Shown here piece by piece: positions 9,854 through 19,783 of a stretch of DNA of 64,000 bases. The notes beneath the pieces were generated by a model. It was not told the DNA's origin, did not search any database, and saw nothing but the letters and a program-made list of their open reading frames with translations. Both the position numbers and the translations under genes were made by a program. Source of the stretch: a virus. Lineage: Duplodnaviria; Heunggongvirae; Uroviricota; Caudoviricetes; Straboviridae. Location: IMG/VR virus record IMGVR_UViG_638277085_000001, positions 99,399 through 163,398 of that record, one strand, 5' to 3'. Numbering within the stretch: position 1 is the first letter of the stretch; each line of letters begins with the position of its first letter.

Positions 9854-10447
9854 ATGCACAAAATGACAGTTCATGTATGTGACTACTGCGACTTTCAAAG
9901 CATATTACCAAAAGAAGTCGAAGCGCATGAAAAGCGTTGCGCACAGCACGACACGTTTTTAAAAGTCAAAGCGATTCAGCAAGCACAAGCTCATGCCTAT
10001 CTTGATACGATTCGATTGCGTGCATGTTCGTTCAAGCACTTGTTTGAAATCATTCAAGACGAGGAAGACATGATCATCGAAGCGGTTCAGGTGTTGCACT
10101 TCTACGGCGAAGAGCGTAAAACACCGCGTATGATGAACTTCAAATGGAAATACTGTCATTTCTGTCACGAGCACGAGCAGTTTCGAGAACAGCGCAAGAC
10201 ACACAGCGCGCCAGTCGGTGAGAAAACTTGCCCGATGTGGTCAGAAAACAAAGACGACATCAAGAGCGGTCTTGCTTGTGCTATTGAATGCACATGGGAA
10301 CATCAAGGTAGTCGTAAATCAGTAGATCGCTATCGTAAATACCTTGGTTATATTCCGGGTGTGAATACTGGCTCAGGTGGTGGTGTTGATAAAGTTCATT
10401 ACTATCTGACACTGTGGAAAGATGATTTCCCATTAATTCAAAAATAA
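9854..10447 (+). CDS. hypothetical zinc-finger protein
   Basis: CDYC-x12-H-x3-C motif. Confidence 0.65.
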   Translation: MHKMTVHVCDYCDFQSILPKEVEAHEKRCAQHDTFLKVKAIQQAQAHAYLDTIRLRACSFKHLFEIIQDEEDMIIEAVQVLHFYGEERKTPRMMNFKWKYCHFCHEHEQFREQRKTHSAPVGEKTCPMWSENKDDIKSGLACAIECTWEHQGSRKSVDRYRKYLGYIPGVNTGSGGGVDKVHYYLTLWKDDFPLIQK

Positions 10448-10452
10448 CCAAA

Positions 10453-10505
10453 GAAAGGGGTTGCTTCGGCAGCCCTTTTTGCGTATTATAGCTCTATCGA
10501 AACGA
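10453..10505 (+). promoter_or_regulatory. sigma70 promoter with -35 in a cUUCGg terminator hairpin
   Basis: GGGTTGC-TTCG-GCAGCCC-TTTTT; TTGCTT 10461, 17 nt, TATTAT 10484. Confidence 0.9.
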
Positions 10506-10518
10506 AAGAGAGAACATT

Positions 10519-10761
10519 ATGACTTCAGTAATCAACGAAAAATTCATGACAGTGATTCACAAAGCACAAGACGCAGTTGTTGCTGAAAATGCTTCTTTCG
10601 ATTACGTAGCATCTAACGCTGAGATCGCAACTGACATTTGGCACAATCACATGACTCCGTTCGAGCGTCTAGAGTTTGTTCAGTTGTTCACTAACGAGTC
10701 TCTAGTGATTGAACGCCGTTACGACCTTGCGCTTTGGTTAATTGAAAATTCTTTGAAATAA
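10519..10761 (+). CDS. hypothetical early protein
   Basis: Conserved leader. Confidence 0.75.
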   Translation: MTSVINEKFMTVIHKAQDAVVAENASFDYVASNAEIATDIWHNHMTPFERLEFVQLFTNESLVIERRYDLALWLIENSLK

Positions 10762-10764
10762 TGC

Positions 10765-10808
10765 TTGACGAGTTTCACCAAAAAGCCGATAATAGCTACA
10801 TCAAAACG
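10765..10808 (+). promoter_or_regulatory. sigma70 early promoter
   Basis: TTGACG 10765, 17 nt, GATAAT 10788, AGCTACATCAAAACGA. Confidence 0.75.
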
Positions 10809-10819
10809 AGGAGAACATT

Positions 10820-11110
10820 ATGAACTACACAACTGAAACAATCAAAGCATGTCTTGAACTAGTTGCAACTTTGAAATCAGACAAGATTACAAAAGGCAAC
10901 GTAGAGAAGCTACGCGCCGCATATCGTGCTCAATCTGACCAAGAAGTGTCTATTGCTATGTCTTCTATCTGTTCGATTGCAGAGCGTCATTTAGACCGCA
11001 AAGCAGCGAATCGTCCTGCAATGAGCAAGTGTGCTGAGTCTTACTTGAACTTTGATTGGCGTACAATCCCGGGTTGTGTTGGTTTTTCACGTGAAGTACT
11101 AGAGGTATAA
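10820..11110 (+). CDS. hypothetical early protein
   Basis: GGAGAACATTATG leader. Confidence 0.75.
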   Translation: MNYTTETIKACLELVATLKSDKITKGNVEKLRAAYRAQSDQEVSIAMSSICSIAERHLDRKAANRPAMSKCAESYLNFDWRTIPGCVGFSREVLEV

Positions 11111-11206
11111 CATGAGCAAGATCGACGAAGCGTTTTTCTGCATTTTATTTTACCTATGCGTGTTTGTATACAAAACACGTTGGTTTCTAATTGGTATGGG
11201 GGTAGC

Positions 11207-11488
11207 ATGGTTAGTCTTTTAAAAGCAGTTAACAGTGAGTTCACAGACAAGACGGGTTATGTTTTGCCTGTTGAAATCGCAGAGAAAGTATCACGCGAGT
11301 GTGAGCAAGAATATTGGAATACGTTTTACACTCATGATTGCACGTCGTTAGACACTGCTGACCGCGATGTTGTATTCGATATGATTGCCGCAGAACTTGG
11401 ATTTGAAGACGGATGGCCAATGTACGGTTCGTCTGAAGAGTACACAAACAAATTTTGGCAAGCAATTCAAAAACTGGAGAAAGCATGA
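11207..11488 (+). CDS. hypothetical protein
   Basis: Probable ATG at 11207. Confidence 0.55.
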   Translation: MVSLLKAVNSEFTDKTGYVLPVEIAEKVSRECEQEYWNTFYTHDCTSLDTADRDVVFDMIAAELGFEDGWPMYGSSEEYTNKFWQAIQKLEKA

Positions 11489-11772
11489 AATTTTTAGCTA
11501 AAGTGAAAGAGTGGCTGTTCCCTACTATCACGCCACCATCAATTGGTGATAAATTTCGCCAAACCGAGAAAGATTGGGTTGACACTGAACGCGAAGCGAC
11601 TATAATCGAAGTCACCAACGTATCGAAAGACGGGAAATACGTGAAATACGAGTTCACGCAAATTGAAGGTAAGCCTGTTGTGCAGTCGCTTTCACTCAGT
11701 AGCTACTCATCAACGAGCACGTATGAAATCCCGACACAACACCTTTACAGATTATTTGAGAAAGTAGAATGA
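11485..11772 (+). CDS. small beta-barrel family protein (paralogue 1 of 3)
   Basis: IGDKF...IIEVTNVSKDGKYVKY motif shared with 12196 and 12624. Confidence 0.65.
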   Translation: MKFLAKVKEWLFPTITPPSIGDKFRQTEKDWVDTEREATIIEVTNVSKDGKYVKYEFTQIEGKPVVQSLSLSSYSSTSTYEIPTQHLYRLFEKVE

Positions 11773-12185
11773 CACGAATCAATTGTATGCCGGTTGAAAC
11801 GCTCTCTGACAAGCATTTGCTTGCAGAGTACAAAGAGATAACCAGACCGTTTAACAAGGTTGAGAAGCGCATACAAGCGCATACAATGGGTAATGTGACT
11901 ATTCCTAGTCATTACGTACTTGGTACAGGTCACGAAACGTTCTTTTTTGATAAGTTGCATTATCTTTACGTTCGTTATCGTGACCTTTGTGAAGAGTTAT
12001 TACATCGTGGCGTGAATATCAACGTTGATCAGTTCGATGAGATTTGTGAATGGATTGAACGAACGTTCGTTGACACGCCATATTGGAACTATTGGACACC
12101 GCGACCAGAAGACATGTATTTGAACATGGCGCGATTAGTAAAGCGTAGCAATTTCGACGCTGCAAAAGAAGAAGCACTAAACTGA
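11769..12185 (+). CDS. denV: pyrimidine dimer DNA glycosylase / endonuclease V
   Basis: MTRIN...L.DKHLLAEYKE and VLGTGHETFFFDKL match T4 endonuclease V. Confidence 0.93.
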   Translation: MTRINCMPVETLSDKHLLAEYKEITRPFNKVEKRIQAHTMGNVTIPSHYVLGTGHETFFFDKLHYLYVRYRDLCEELLHRGVNINVDQFDEICEWIERTFVDTPYWNYWTPRPEDMYLNMARLVKRSNFDAAKEEALN

Positions 12186-12195
12186 GGAAATTATT

Positions 12196-12627
12196 ATGGC
12201 ACTAGCACCCGACCCTAGAGAAGAGCTACCTGAACGTTTTGACTTCAAGATGCCAGAAGAGCCTAAGACTCGCAAGACGAACTGCAAAGTAACTGAAGAG
12301 AAAGACAAGAACATCTTCAAGATCATCATGTTCTGGTTCTTCTTTGCGATATTTGGTATTGCAGTTGCAGCGTTCTTTGGGGTTTTCAGCAAGATAGAAA
12401 TTGGGGATCGTTATTACCTTCTGCAAGACGTGGGATGGGAACGCTCTCAAAGCGTATTGTTCGGTATTGAAATCACAGACGTGAATTACGCAGCCGAGCG
12501 AGTACGGTACAAGTACATCAACTTAGATGCTGTAGATGAGAAAGAAATGGCGTTTAGTGCTTTGAAACGTTCTTACGTACCGGCTGACAGTGTTGAAATC
12601 AATCACTCTATGGAGAAAACAAAATGA
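12196..12627 (+). CDS. membrane-anchored beta-barrel family protein (paralogue 2)
   Basis: TM segment then IGDRYY...IEITDV...VRYKY. Confidence 0.65.
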   Translation: MALAPDPREELPERFDFKMPEEPKTRKTNCKVTEEKDKNIFKIIMFWFFFAIFGIAVAAFFGVFSKIEIGDRYYLLQDVGWERSQSVLFGIEITDVNYAAERVRYKYINLDAVDEKEMAFSALKRSYVPADSVEINHSMEKTK

Positions 12628-12977
12628 CAGCGACCAAATTCGTAGGCTCAATCGTAGCTGTATGGCTTGGTATTATATTTCTCGTAGCCATGAACATCAC
12701 TGGGTATTCGTTATTCAAACCAGACATTAAAGTTGGTGACGTATATCAGTCTGTCAAAGAAGCAGAATTTGCCAGTGACCCCGATGAAGTAACGATCATC
12801 GAAATCACTGAAATCAGCAAAGACGGCGATGACGTTCGTTACATTTACAAAATGATAGACAACAAGGCGTATGAAAACGACGATCCATATCATTGGAAAA
12901 TGAAAAAGCGTTATATCTACCGTTACTATGAGAAACTTGATTATGAAAGCAACGCAAAAACAGATCGAACTATGTAA
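12624..12977 (+). CDS. membrane-anchored beta-barrel family protein (paralogue 3)
   Basis: TM segment then VGDVYQ...IIEITEISKDGDDVRYIY. Confidence 0.65.
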   Translation: MTATKFVGSIVAVWLGIIFLVAMNITGYSLFKPDIKVGDVYQSVKEAEFASDPDEVTIIEITEISKDGDDVRYIYKMIDNKAYENDDPYHWKMKKRYIYRYYEKLDYESNAKTDRTM

Positions 12978-13167
12978 CTTACTCATTGACAACGGTGCTC
13001 CGTTTGAACTAAAACACCCACACGAAGATTCCATCGAAGCTGCTGATCAGTTCATCAAAGCGAATCGTCATTATCTACAGCGTGGTATCGTCAAGCACGA
13101 GAACTATTATCACAAAGCAGTTGAGAACGGTTTGATGCCTGAAGACATCGGTGTGTGGAATATGTAA
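12943..13167 (+). CDS. hypothetical protein
   Basis: MKATQKQIELC start. Confidence 0.55.
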   Translation: MKATQKQIELCNLLIDNGAPFELKHPHEDSIEAADQFIKANRHYLQRGIVKHENYYHKAVENGLMPEDIGVWNM

Positions 13168-13174
13168 AAAGTGG

Positions 13175-13210
13175 TTGCAATGCCGAATCAGATGCGTATA
13201 ATGAACTCAT
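13175..13210 (+). promoter_or_regulatory. sigma70 promoter
   Basis: AAAAAGTGG-TTGCAA 13175, TATAAT 13197 (16 nt spacer). Confidence 0.7.
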
Positions 13211-13230
13211 CAACTAAAGAGAGACACGTT

Positions 13231-13419
13231 ATGATTTTGAAATACATCATAATGCAATATGACGAAAAAGACGTGACGTATCATGATGAGTCTGTTTTCG
13301 ACTATCAACCAATATTCGTATCGTATGATTCTGCTGAGGCAATTGCCAAACTTGAATTGATGCGAAGATCTGAAACTAAAACACGTTGGTTTGCTTGCCA
13401 CGTTGAGGAAGAGAAATGA
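13231..13419 (+). CDS. hypothetical protein
   Basis: AGAGAG leader before ATG 13231. Confidence 0.6.
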   Translation: MILKYIIMQYDEKDVTYHDESVFDYQPIFVSYDSAEAIAKLELMRRSETKTRWFACHVEEEK

Positions 13420-13626
13420 GCTTTAAAACACGAGTACAAATTTGGCGCGTCGCACGAGTCATTGTGATGTTCACTTACAATCTCTCGGTCGCTATCTCGC
13501 GTAGCTTCTAACACACGAGGGATGGTATGCAGTTCACGCTATCCCTAAACGACTTATCACCAATGGGATTCGACGAGTTCAACAAAGCCGTCGATAAAGT
13601 CAGGGAAGAATCAGAGGAAGAAAATT

Positions 13627-13851
13627 ATGAAAGTAGTATACGAAAATGCGACAAAGCACGAGAAAGGTCTGCTTGTTTACTTGCATTTCAATGACGAGAC
13701 TGAATATCGTGTTGGTAAGAATGGCACTGTTCAGCGTGGTAAGTCGTTTCACGGCAAAGTAAGGCGCGGTGAAAAGGTCTACGCAAACGAACATGTTGTC
13801 GGTCACAAAAGCAACACGCTTGAAGAAGCGAACAAGCGAGTATTCAAATGA
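13627..13851 (+). CDS. hypothetical protein
   Basis: GAGG RBS. Confidence 0.6.
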   Translation: MKVVYENATKHEKGLLVYLHFNDETEYRVGKNGTVQRGKSFHGKVRRGEKVYANEHVVGHKSNTLEEANKRVFK

Positions 13852-14231
13852 ACGATAACGAACTAAAAGGCTTACCAACTGACATCGACTTGCTAGAAAC
13901 AGCAATTCAGTTGCTCAAAGCAAAACCTTATGATCAGCGCCGTTTAGAGCATTTAGCAAATGTCATGACTCGCGTTCAGCCTCAAGTGCTCAAGCGAAAA
14001 GCTGAACTTGATTGCTGGACAGTGAAGCCATTCACCAGAATGGACATGAAAAAGCTACAAATCGTACCAACGAACGGTGTGTTTTACCAAGATCAATTGA
14101 TTCACACGTACGATAAAGACGCTCAAGCGTTTCACATGCTTGATTATTTCAAAGAGAACGACATCAAATCATACGGTGAGTTTCTTGACCATCTTAGCGA
14201 ATTGGAGAATAAAGTATGCACGCAGGTGTAA
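13848..14231 (+). CDS. hypothetical protein
   Basis: ATGA-coupled; overlaps the nadR start. Confidence 0.6.
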   Translation: MNDNELKGLPTDIDLLETAIQLLKAKPYDQRRLEHLANVMTRVQPQVLKRKAELDCWTVKPFTRMDMKKLQIVPTNGVFYQDQLIHTYDKDAQAFHMLDYFKENDIKSYGEFLDHLSELENKVCTQV

Positions 14232-15196
14232 TTGGCAAGTTCAACAACTATCATCAAGGTCATTTCAAACTGATCAAGTTCGCGCTATCGCTTGCAGACA
14301 AAGTAACTGTTTTGCTTTGCACTGAAGACAGCGATCCAATTCCAGTTGAAACACGCATGAAATGGATGCACCAAGATTTCGGTAATCGTATTCGCATTAG
14401 TGTAATCTGCCCGAGTGATGAAAATCTCTCGAACAAATCAGAGTCTGATCGCGAAGTATCAAAGCAGTGGGCTGCTTTTATCGACGAGCGTTACCCTGAA
14501 ATTGATGCATTCGTTGGTTCTGAGCAATACATCAATTACTGTGCTGAGTACGGTAACTTTGACGGAATCATTTACGATGAAGCGCGAGAAATCACACCTT
14601 GCTCAAGCACTTCGGTTCGCGAGAACGATTCTCACGAGTTCTACAGCCCGAGCGCACAACAAGACCGAGTACGTCGAATTGCATTCATCGGTCCCGAGTC
14701 TTGTGGTAAGTCATGGAACGCAGCATCAATCGCAGCCGCTAACGGTTATGAACTCGTACTCGAAGCAGCACGCGACATCATGAGCGACAATCACTACACT
14801 GAACACGATATTCTTGAGTTCGCGATTGCACAAACTGCACGAATCGAAGCAACCGGTAAAGAAAGTGACACTGTAATCGTTGATTCTTCAGCTATTACGT
14901 CGGCAGTTTACAGTCAGTTTCAATTCAATCAATCATCGGTTCTTCTGAATGCATTAGCTGCTTTTGAAAACATTGATGCTTATGTACTCTTCCGACCAAA
15001 CTGTGAGTTTGTTCAAGATGGTACACGCACACAGACGCAAGAAGACCGCGAACGCTGGTTTGAACTTGCAAAGTCTATGCTTCTTCGATTGAACAAGCCA
15101 TTCTTGATTGTTCAGAAAGGCAATGATTGGGAAGAACGTTTACACGAAACGGCAAGTCATGTTTCACTACTGAGAGATAAAGTAAAATGGGTATAA
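14216..15196 (+). CDS. nadR: NadR-type NMN adenylyltransferase / nicotinamide riboside kinase (no HTH)
   Basis: GKF..YHQGH nucleotidyltransferase motif, GPESCGKS P-loop, EAARD, FVQDGTR. Confidence 0.88.
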   Translation: MHAGVIGKFNNYHQGHFKLIKFALSLADKVTVLLCTEDSDPIPVETRMKWMHQDFGNRIRISVICPSDENLSNKSESDREVSKQWAAFIDERYPEIDAFVGSEQYINYCAEYGNFDGIIYDEAREITPCSSTSVRENDSHEFYSPSAQQDRVRRIAFIGPESCGKSWNAASIAAANGYELVLEAARDIMSDNHYTEHDILEFAIAQTARIEATGKESDTVIVDSSAITSAVYSQFQFNQSSVLLNALAAFENIDAYVLFRPNCEFVQDGTRTQTQEDRERWFELAKSMLLRLNKPFLIVQKGNDWEERLHETASHVSLLRDKVKWV

Positions 15197-15525
15197 TCTG
15201 GATTTCAAATATTGCGATTGTCGTCGCGACGTTACTTGTGACATTCATCATCAAGTGTGTGTTCATGGTCGACATTGGATGGGAACGTTACTTAGACAAA
15301 CTGCAACGCTTTAAGTACCGTCATTTGTTCACTCGTGAAGTTCATGAATATTTCGAAGACCACAAACACGACGATATGCCATTCTGGTGTTTTTCGTTCA
15401 TCATTCTTGATATAGTCTGTTTGGGAGTATTGTGGTTAATCGCACACTTTGCGCCAGTTGTTGCAGTGGTTGTATTACTGCTTGCTCTAATTCGAATCAT
15501 TGTGATTAAGGTGAAAAAATGTTAG
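15187..15525 (+). CDS. hypothetical membrane protein
   Basis: Three hydrophobic segments. Confidence 0.65.
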   Translation: MGIIWISNIAIVVATLLVTFIIKCVFMVDIGWERYLDKLQRFKYRHLFTREVHEYFEDHKHDDMPFWCFSFIILDIVCLGVLWLIAHFAPVVAVVVLLLALIRIIVIKVKKC

Positions 15526-15863
15526 TCAAGACGATTTCTTCAATCCTTCTACTGGCGTGGTTAATCAACTTAGCTATACCAGTAGTTCTATCACTCGGCG
15601 GGTCATTGATCAACTTCATGTTCCGCAGTGACATCCCGTTTGTTAAATGGGCTGAATCATACCAAGAGTTCAAATATGGATGGCTATTTGGGCCATACAT
15701 GGAAGGTGACGATCACGCAATTGCGTTTTTCATGCTTGATTTGATTGTAGGATTCATAGTAACATTAATCAGCTTGTGGCTGATTGAGCAAAGCATCGTC
15801 GTGTGGCTGATTATCGCCATGCCATTCATTGTCCGATTCATTACAGGGTTGATTAAAAAATGA
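15519..15863 (+). CDS. hypothetical membrane protein
   Basis: Three hydrophobic segments; similar layout to the previous ORF. Confidence 0.65.
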   Translation: MLVKTISSILLLAWLINLAIPVVLSLGGSLINFMFRSDIPFVKWAESYQEFKYGWLFGPYMEGDDHAIAFFMLDLIVGFIVTLISLWLIEQSIVVWLIIAMPFIVRFITGLIKK

Positions 15864-16126
15864 GTTTAGCAAATTACACCGAGAACGCTCTTCGCGAAGA
15901 ACTACAACGTCGCGAAGCTGAACGCGAACTACTTGGTAGCATTCAAGTAGTAATTGACAAGACACCGGTTCAAGAAGTTGAATCACGACTAGTCAATTTG
16001 GCTAAATCATACCTCGAAGATGAATTGCAAGATCGAGAAATCGACACGCAATATGCATATGAAGAGATTATGATGCTCGTATACGGTAAAGACGTGTTTG
16101 ATAAACTGAATCGTCTTCGTCGCTAA
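15860..16126 (+). CDS. hypothetical protein
   Basis: ATGA-coupled. Confidence 0.6.
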   Translation: MSLANYTENALREELQRREAERELLGSIQVVIDKTPVQEVESRLVNLAKSYLEDELQDREIDTQYAYEEIMMLVYGKDVFDKLNRLRR

Positions 16127-16150
16127 CAATTACTTTGAGAGAAATATATC

Positions 16151-16816
16151 ATGTTTGATTTACTGTTTAACATTAACCACACTGTGTTTTCAATTGGTGA
16201 TTATGCAGTGTCTGGTCTAGAACTCTGGGCAACTCTTACTGGTTTGATTTGTGTCATCATGGCACGAATGAATATGAAGCACAACTTCACAGTCGGCATT
16301 GTGAACTGTATCGGGTTCGCAATTCTGTTCTTCCAGATTCAGTTGTATAGTGACGTGCTCTTGCAGGGGTTCTTCATTGCAATGTCGATCTTCGGCTTCT
16401 ATCAATGGAACAAGCAAGGTACAGATGAAGTCAAAATCCGTTACTTGAAGATGCGTAAATTCGCAGGTTCGATTATAGCGACGTTGATTGGTACTGCGGC
16501 ACTCGCGTACTTCATCGACCCGATTATGAACTTCAGTGGTTCACTGCTTGTTACCGATTACGTACACGCCCCTGCTGAACTCGCTGTGCAAGATGCATTC
16601 ACGACTGTAGCAAGTATCATGGCATTTATGCTCATGATTCAGCGTAAAGTCGAAGCATGGTGGTACTGGGTTGCAGTAAACGTAGTGTGCATTGTGAACT
16701 ACAGCACGCAGGGCGTAATTGTAGTTGCTGCTGAATACTGCATTTTCCTAGCAAACGCGCTTTATGCAATCGTAATCTGGCATAAAGAAGGCATGAAAAA
16801 CGAGGCACAAGCATGA
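16151..16816 (+). CDS. pnuC: nicotinamide riboside transporter PnuC
   Basis: Multi-TM; ELWATLTGL, LYSDVLLQGFF..MSIFGFYQW, DAFTTVAS, EAWWYWVAVN. Confidence 0.92.
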   Translation: MFDLLFNINHTVFSIGDYAVSGLELWATLTGLICVIMARMNMKHNFTVGIVNCIGFAILFFQIQLYSDVLLQGFFIAMSIFGFYQWNKQGTDEVKIRYLKMRKFAGSIIATLIGTAALAYFIDPIMNFSGSLLVTDYVHAPAELAVQDAFTTVASIMAFMLMIQRKVEAWWYWVAVNVVCIVNYSTQGVIVVAAEYCIFLANALYAIVIWHKEGMKNEAQA

Positions 16817-17061
16817 GTACATGGGACGAAGTGAAAGACGCTGTAAACGGCGTCTTCAAAACAACTGGTGAATTCACAAAACGATTCCCAGATACTGACG
16901 TTGTAGCAGTTGTCTTTGATAACGCACTACCGCAAGCACTAGACAAAGCGTTGCAGCTTGCATTCATTCACAATCTCGACCGTAACAGCGTTGATTGTCA
17001 AGTCATGTTAAACGGTTACGAGCAACTAAAAACAAAAGGTTGGATTGGCGATGGTTGTTAA
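16813..17061 (+). CDS. hypothetical protein
   Basis: ATGA-coupled. Confidence 0.6.
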   Translation: MSTWDEVKDAVNGVFKTTGEFTKRFPDTDVVAVVFDNALPQALDKALQLAFIHNLDRNSVDCQVMLNGYEQLKTKGWIGDGC

Positions 17062-17338
17062 AGGGTTACCTGTTTATCTAGTCGGCGCACCGTGCATCAT
17101 GATTGATGCGCAAACCAAAGCACCGCTCAACGGCACTGAAGGTGATGTCGAAAAGCAAGTATTGGAAATGCGAAGCTTCTTGAGCAAGCCGAACTGGTGG
17201 CTTGAGAAAGTACTTGAAGAACTCGCTGACGGTGCGATTCAAGAAGGCGCAACTGCCCTGTACTTGTATGACGTTGATCATCACGCAGAAATCCCGGGTA
17301 CTGGTATCATTTACAGAATTCGCGGGGCGTGGGCATGA
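17051..17338 (+). CDS. hypothetical protein
   Basis: In gene train. Confidence 0.55.
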   Translation: MVVKGLPVYLVGAPCIMIDAQTKAPLNGTEGDVEKQVLEMRSFLSKPNWWLEKVLEELADGAIQEGATALYLYDVDHHAEIPGTGIIYRIRGAWA

Positions 17339-17832
17339 CATATCGAAAGTTCAACTTACGTGAGAACTTCGAACACTGTACTGAAGAGCAAATGACCGAT
17401 TTACATTTCGTCTTTGATAAAGTCGAACCTTATTGGCGAGATTGCAAAATGCTAACCGAAGAGCAACGTTTTCGTTTAGCTCAGTGTCATGCAATGGCGG
17501 TTGTTCGAACGTTGAATAACGCGATTATCGACGGCAAGCGTAATCGTATTATGAATCGACTACGACAAGAAGAAGCGGATCGACTATACAATGGCGATCA
17601 ATCAAAGCTATATTTGTACTACCCGCACCACTTAGTTGACGAAGAGTACCCGCTTCGCGCTGAATGGTGGGTTAGCTATTGTGAACAAGATATTGAAAAT
17701 ATCGAAATCGCGCTTCAGAAAAGTCGATATAGTGAAGGGCGCTTTATGAGCCGTGACCGTTATCACCTTGAAACGATGATGGAAGTTTTTGATGTAGTAC
17801 GTGAAAAACTTGAAAGAAGATACTTGATGTAG
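17335..17832 (+). CDS. hypothetical protein
   Basis: ATGA-coupled. Confidence 0.65.
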   Translation: MTYRKFNLRENFEHCTEEQMTDLHFVFDKVEPYWRDCKMLTEEQRFRLAQCHAMAVVRTLNNAIIDGKRNRIMNRLRQEEADRLYNGDQSKLYLYYPHHLVDEEYPLRAEWWVSYCEQDIENIEIALQKSRYSEGRFMSRDRYHLETMMEVFDVVREKLERRYLM

Positions 17833-17871
17833 CGATTTGATTCGTGTATACTCCTAAAAAAGGAGTATCAC

Positions 17872-18066
17872 ATGAACCAAGTACCAGATTTAATCTTCCA
17901 TCTAATGAACGACAATGAAATTATTACAATGTGTTTCATTGTCGCTCTGACATTAATCATAATGCACGCGATTACGTTTAAACAATGCGCTGTGTTATTC
18001 GTTTCATCATTTATTCACGGCATCATGACATTCATTGCCTTGTTCTATACGCCTATGGGAGGCTAA
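17872..18066 (+). CDS. small membrane protein
   Basis: AAGGAG RBS; two TM segments. Confidence 0.6.
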   Translation: MNQVPDLIFHLMNDNEIITMCFIVALTLIIMHAITFKQCAVLFVSSFIHGIMTFIALFYTPMGG

Positions 18067-18067
18067 T

Positions 18068-18337
18068 ATGAGCGCACCTAGTACAGCACACTTCTTTACT
18101 GTTCACGAAAACGGTGAACGTGAACACTTAGGTCATATTTTCTGCAACTGTGGTTGGTTCTTTCACGAAGAACATTTCTTAGCAGATATTGCAGACGACA
18201 TCGAACGAAGTGAGATTCTAAACGGCACAATGAAGAAAGGCGTCGAATGGGATTACGTAATTGCATACGGCATGGCATGGTCGAAAGAAACTGTCATGAG
18301 TCATCTACCAGAACTAGCACCAAGACGTGGTGAATAA
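18068..18337 (+). CDS. hypothetical protein
   Basis: GGAGG RBS before ATG 18068. Confidence 0.6.
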   Translation: MSAPSTAHFFTVHENGEREHLGHIFCNCGWFFHEEHFLADIADDIERSEILNGTMKKGVEWDYVIAYGMAWSKETVMSHLPELAPRRGE

Positions 18338-18555
18338 TGCTAGATGCAATTCATTACACGATCATCAAGTCGCCAATCTTGTTCACTGTAATAGAAGCGT
18401 TTCTTCTTCTATTCACAGCGGGAGCAATGGAGTGGATACCCGAAACAGACGAATCAGAAATTGGAATAGCTGTATGTTTGTTTTTGATCTTTATGTCACT
18501 AATGGTATTCATTGCATACATGTGGTTTTTCTACGAACCATCGTATGTTTTTTAA
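18337..18555 (+). CDS. small membrane protein
   Basis: Two TM segments. Confidence 0.6.
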   Translation: MLDAIHYTIIKSPILFTVIEAFLLLFTAGAMEWIPETDESEIGIAVCLFLIFMSLMVFIAYMWFFYEPSYVF

Positions 18556-18576
18556 GACGCTTCGGCGTCTTTTTTT
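18554..18576 (+). terminator. intrinsic terminator with UUCG loop
   Basis: AAGACGC-TTCG-GCGTCTT-TTTTT. Confidence 0.9.
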
Positions 18577-18606
18577 CGGTTTGAAGAAAATAATTGCAAA
18601 AAACGG

Positions 18607-18651
18607 TTGCATGAAACAACGAATAGACCTAATATAGCTACATCGAAACGA
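18607..18651 (+). promoter_or_regulatory. sigma70 early promoter
   Basis: TTGCAT 18607, 17 nt, TAATAT 18630, AGCTACATCGAAACGA. Confidence 0.85.
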
Positions 18652-18669
18652 GATACGAAAGAGAACATT

Positions 18670-19032
18670 ATGAAAACTCATCTACGCGACAACGCAGTAA
18701 CAAGCACAACTCACATCGAACTTGAAATCACAACTGAAGTACTTGGTTGGTTCAATAATGAATTCAATCAAGCTGACGGTTGGGTGATTGTTGCTCTTGA
18801 TGAATTCGAAAAAGGTTTTCTTGAGAATGCATCAATCGATCATTCAAAAGTGTATCGCGTTATGAATGATGACCGTACAAGCTTATGTCGCATCAACGTT
18901 GAAAAAGAAACATATGCGTTTCTTGACAACGCTGAACTAATGGAAACTGGCATGTATAAGTTCGAGCGCCCAGCGAAATACCGCTCACTTTACATTGACA
19001 GCAAAAACGAACTATTCAATCAAGGGAAATAA
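18670..19032 (+). CDS. hypothetical early protein
   Basis: Conserved leader; true ATG at 18670. Confidence 0.75.
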   Translation: MKTHLRDNAVTSTTHIELEITTEVLGWFNNEFNQADGWVIVALDEFEKGFLENASIDHSKVYRVMNDDRTSLCRINVEKETYAFLDNAELMETGMYKFERPAKYRSLYIDSKNELFNQGK

Positions 19033-19033
19033 T

Positions 19034-19264
19034 ATGTTGAAACTAACTGTATTTGATGTTGAACAAGTTGTTCAAGTCGGTATGCCAATTCGTGTGCAAA
19101 ACATTCGCACTGAACGAGTTTTCACAACTCACGTCGGGTTGATTCGCGGCACATGCGTTGCAGTATTCGAAGATGATGCCATTTATGTATTCTCTTCAGA
19201 TAGTCGCAAAGACGATACTGAAATGTATCAACTAGCAGACAACGCAACACTTACTTTTCACTAA
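19034..19264 (+). CDS. hypothetical protein
   Basis: AAGGG RBS. Confidence 0.6.
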   Translation: MLKLTVFDVEQVVQVGMPIRVQNIRTERVFTTHVGLIRGTCVAVFEDDAIYVFSSDSRKDDTEMYQLADNATLTFH

Positions 19265-19275
19265 GAGGACACATC

Positions 19276-19515
19276 ATGTTTGGTATTTTTGATAGCGTAG
19301 TAGACAGCGTATCGCGCACAGTAGATGATTTCATCGACGATCCAGTTGGTCAGACTGTGTATCATGCAACTTCACCGATTCGTGACGCTGCTGAGATTAT
19401 CGACGGTCTAACTGAAGGCGAGATCAGAGGCATGGCTGTAGCTCGGCTAGGCGCAGATGTAGCGGCTGGCATGGCAATTTCTGAAATCATCGAAGTACTT
19501 GAGTTAGGAGAATAA
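19276..19515 (+). CDS. hypothetical protein
   Basis: GAGGA RBS. Confidence 0.65.
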   Translation: MFGIFDSVVDSVSRTVDDFIDDPVGQTVYHATSPIRDAAEIIDGLTEGEIRGMAVARLGADVAAGMAISEIIEVLELGE

Positions 19516-19516
19516 T

Positions 19517-19783
19517 ATGAAACAAAGTATCTGGCTACCGCACGTTTCGTTAACTTACTTTCATGCATTCTTAGTATTGGTTAACTTGTGGACTGCTTCG
19601 ACAATCTACGAATACGCTGTTCCAATGCTAATCGGTCTAATCCCTGGCATAGGTATCGGCATGAGCGTCACCCTTGTAGTATATCAATGGGAAAAGAACT
19701 CAGAAACGTTTGTTGCAGACGTTAAAAAGCCAATTCAATTACTTCTTACCAAGATTCGCGGTAAGATTGGTAAGCAATCATGA
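19517..19783 (+). CDS. membrane protein
   Basis: AGGAG RBS; two TM segments. Confidence 0.6.
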   Translation: MKQSIWLPHVSLTYFHAFLVLVNLWTASTIYEYAVPMLIGLIPGIGIGMSVTLVVYQWEKNSETFVADVKKPIQLLLTKIRGKIGKQS

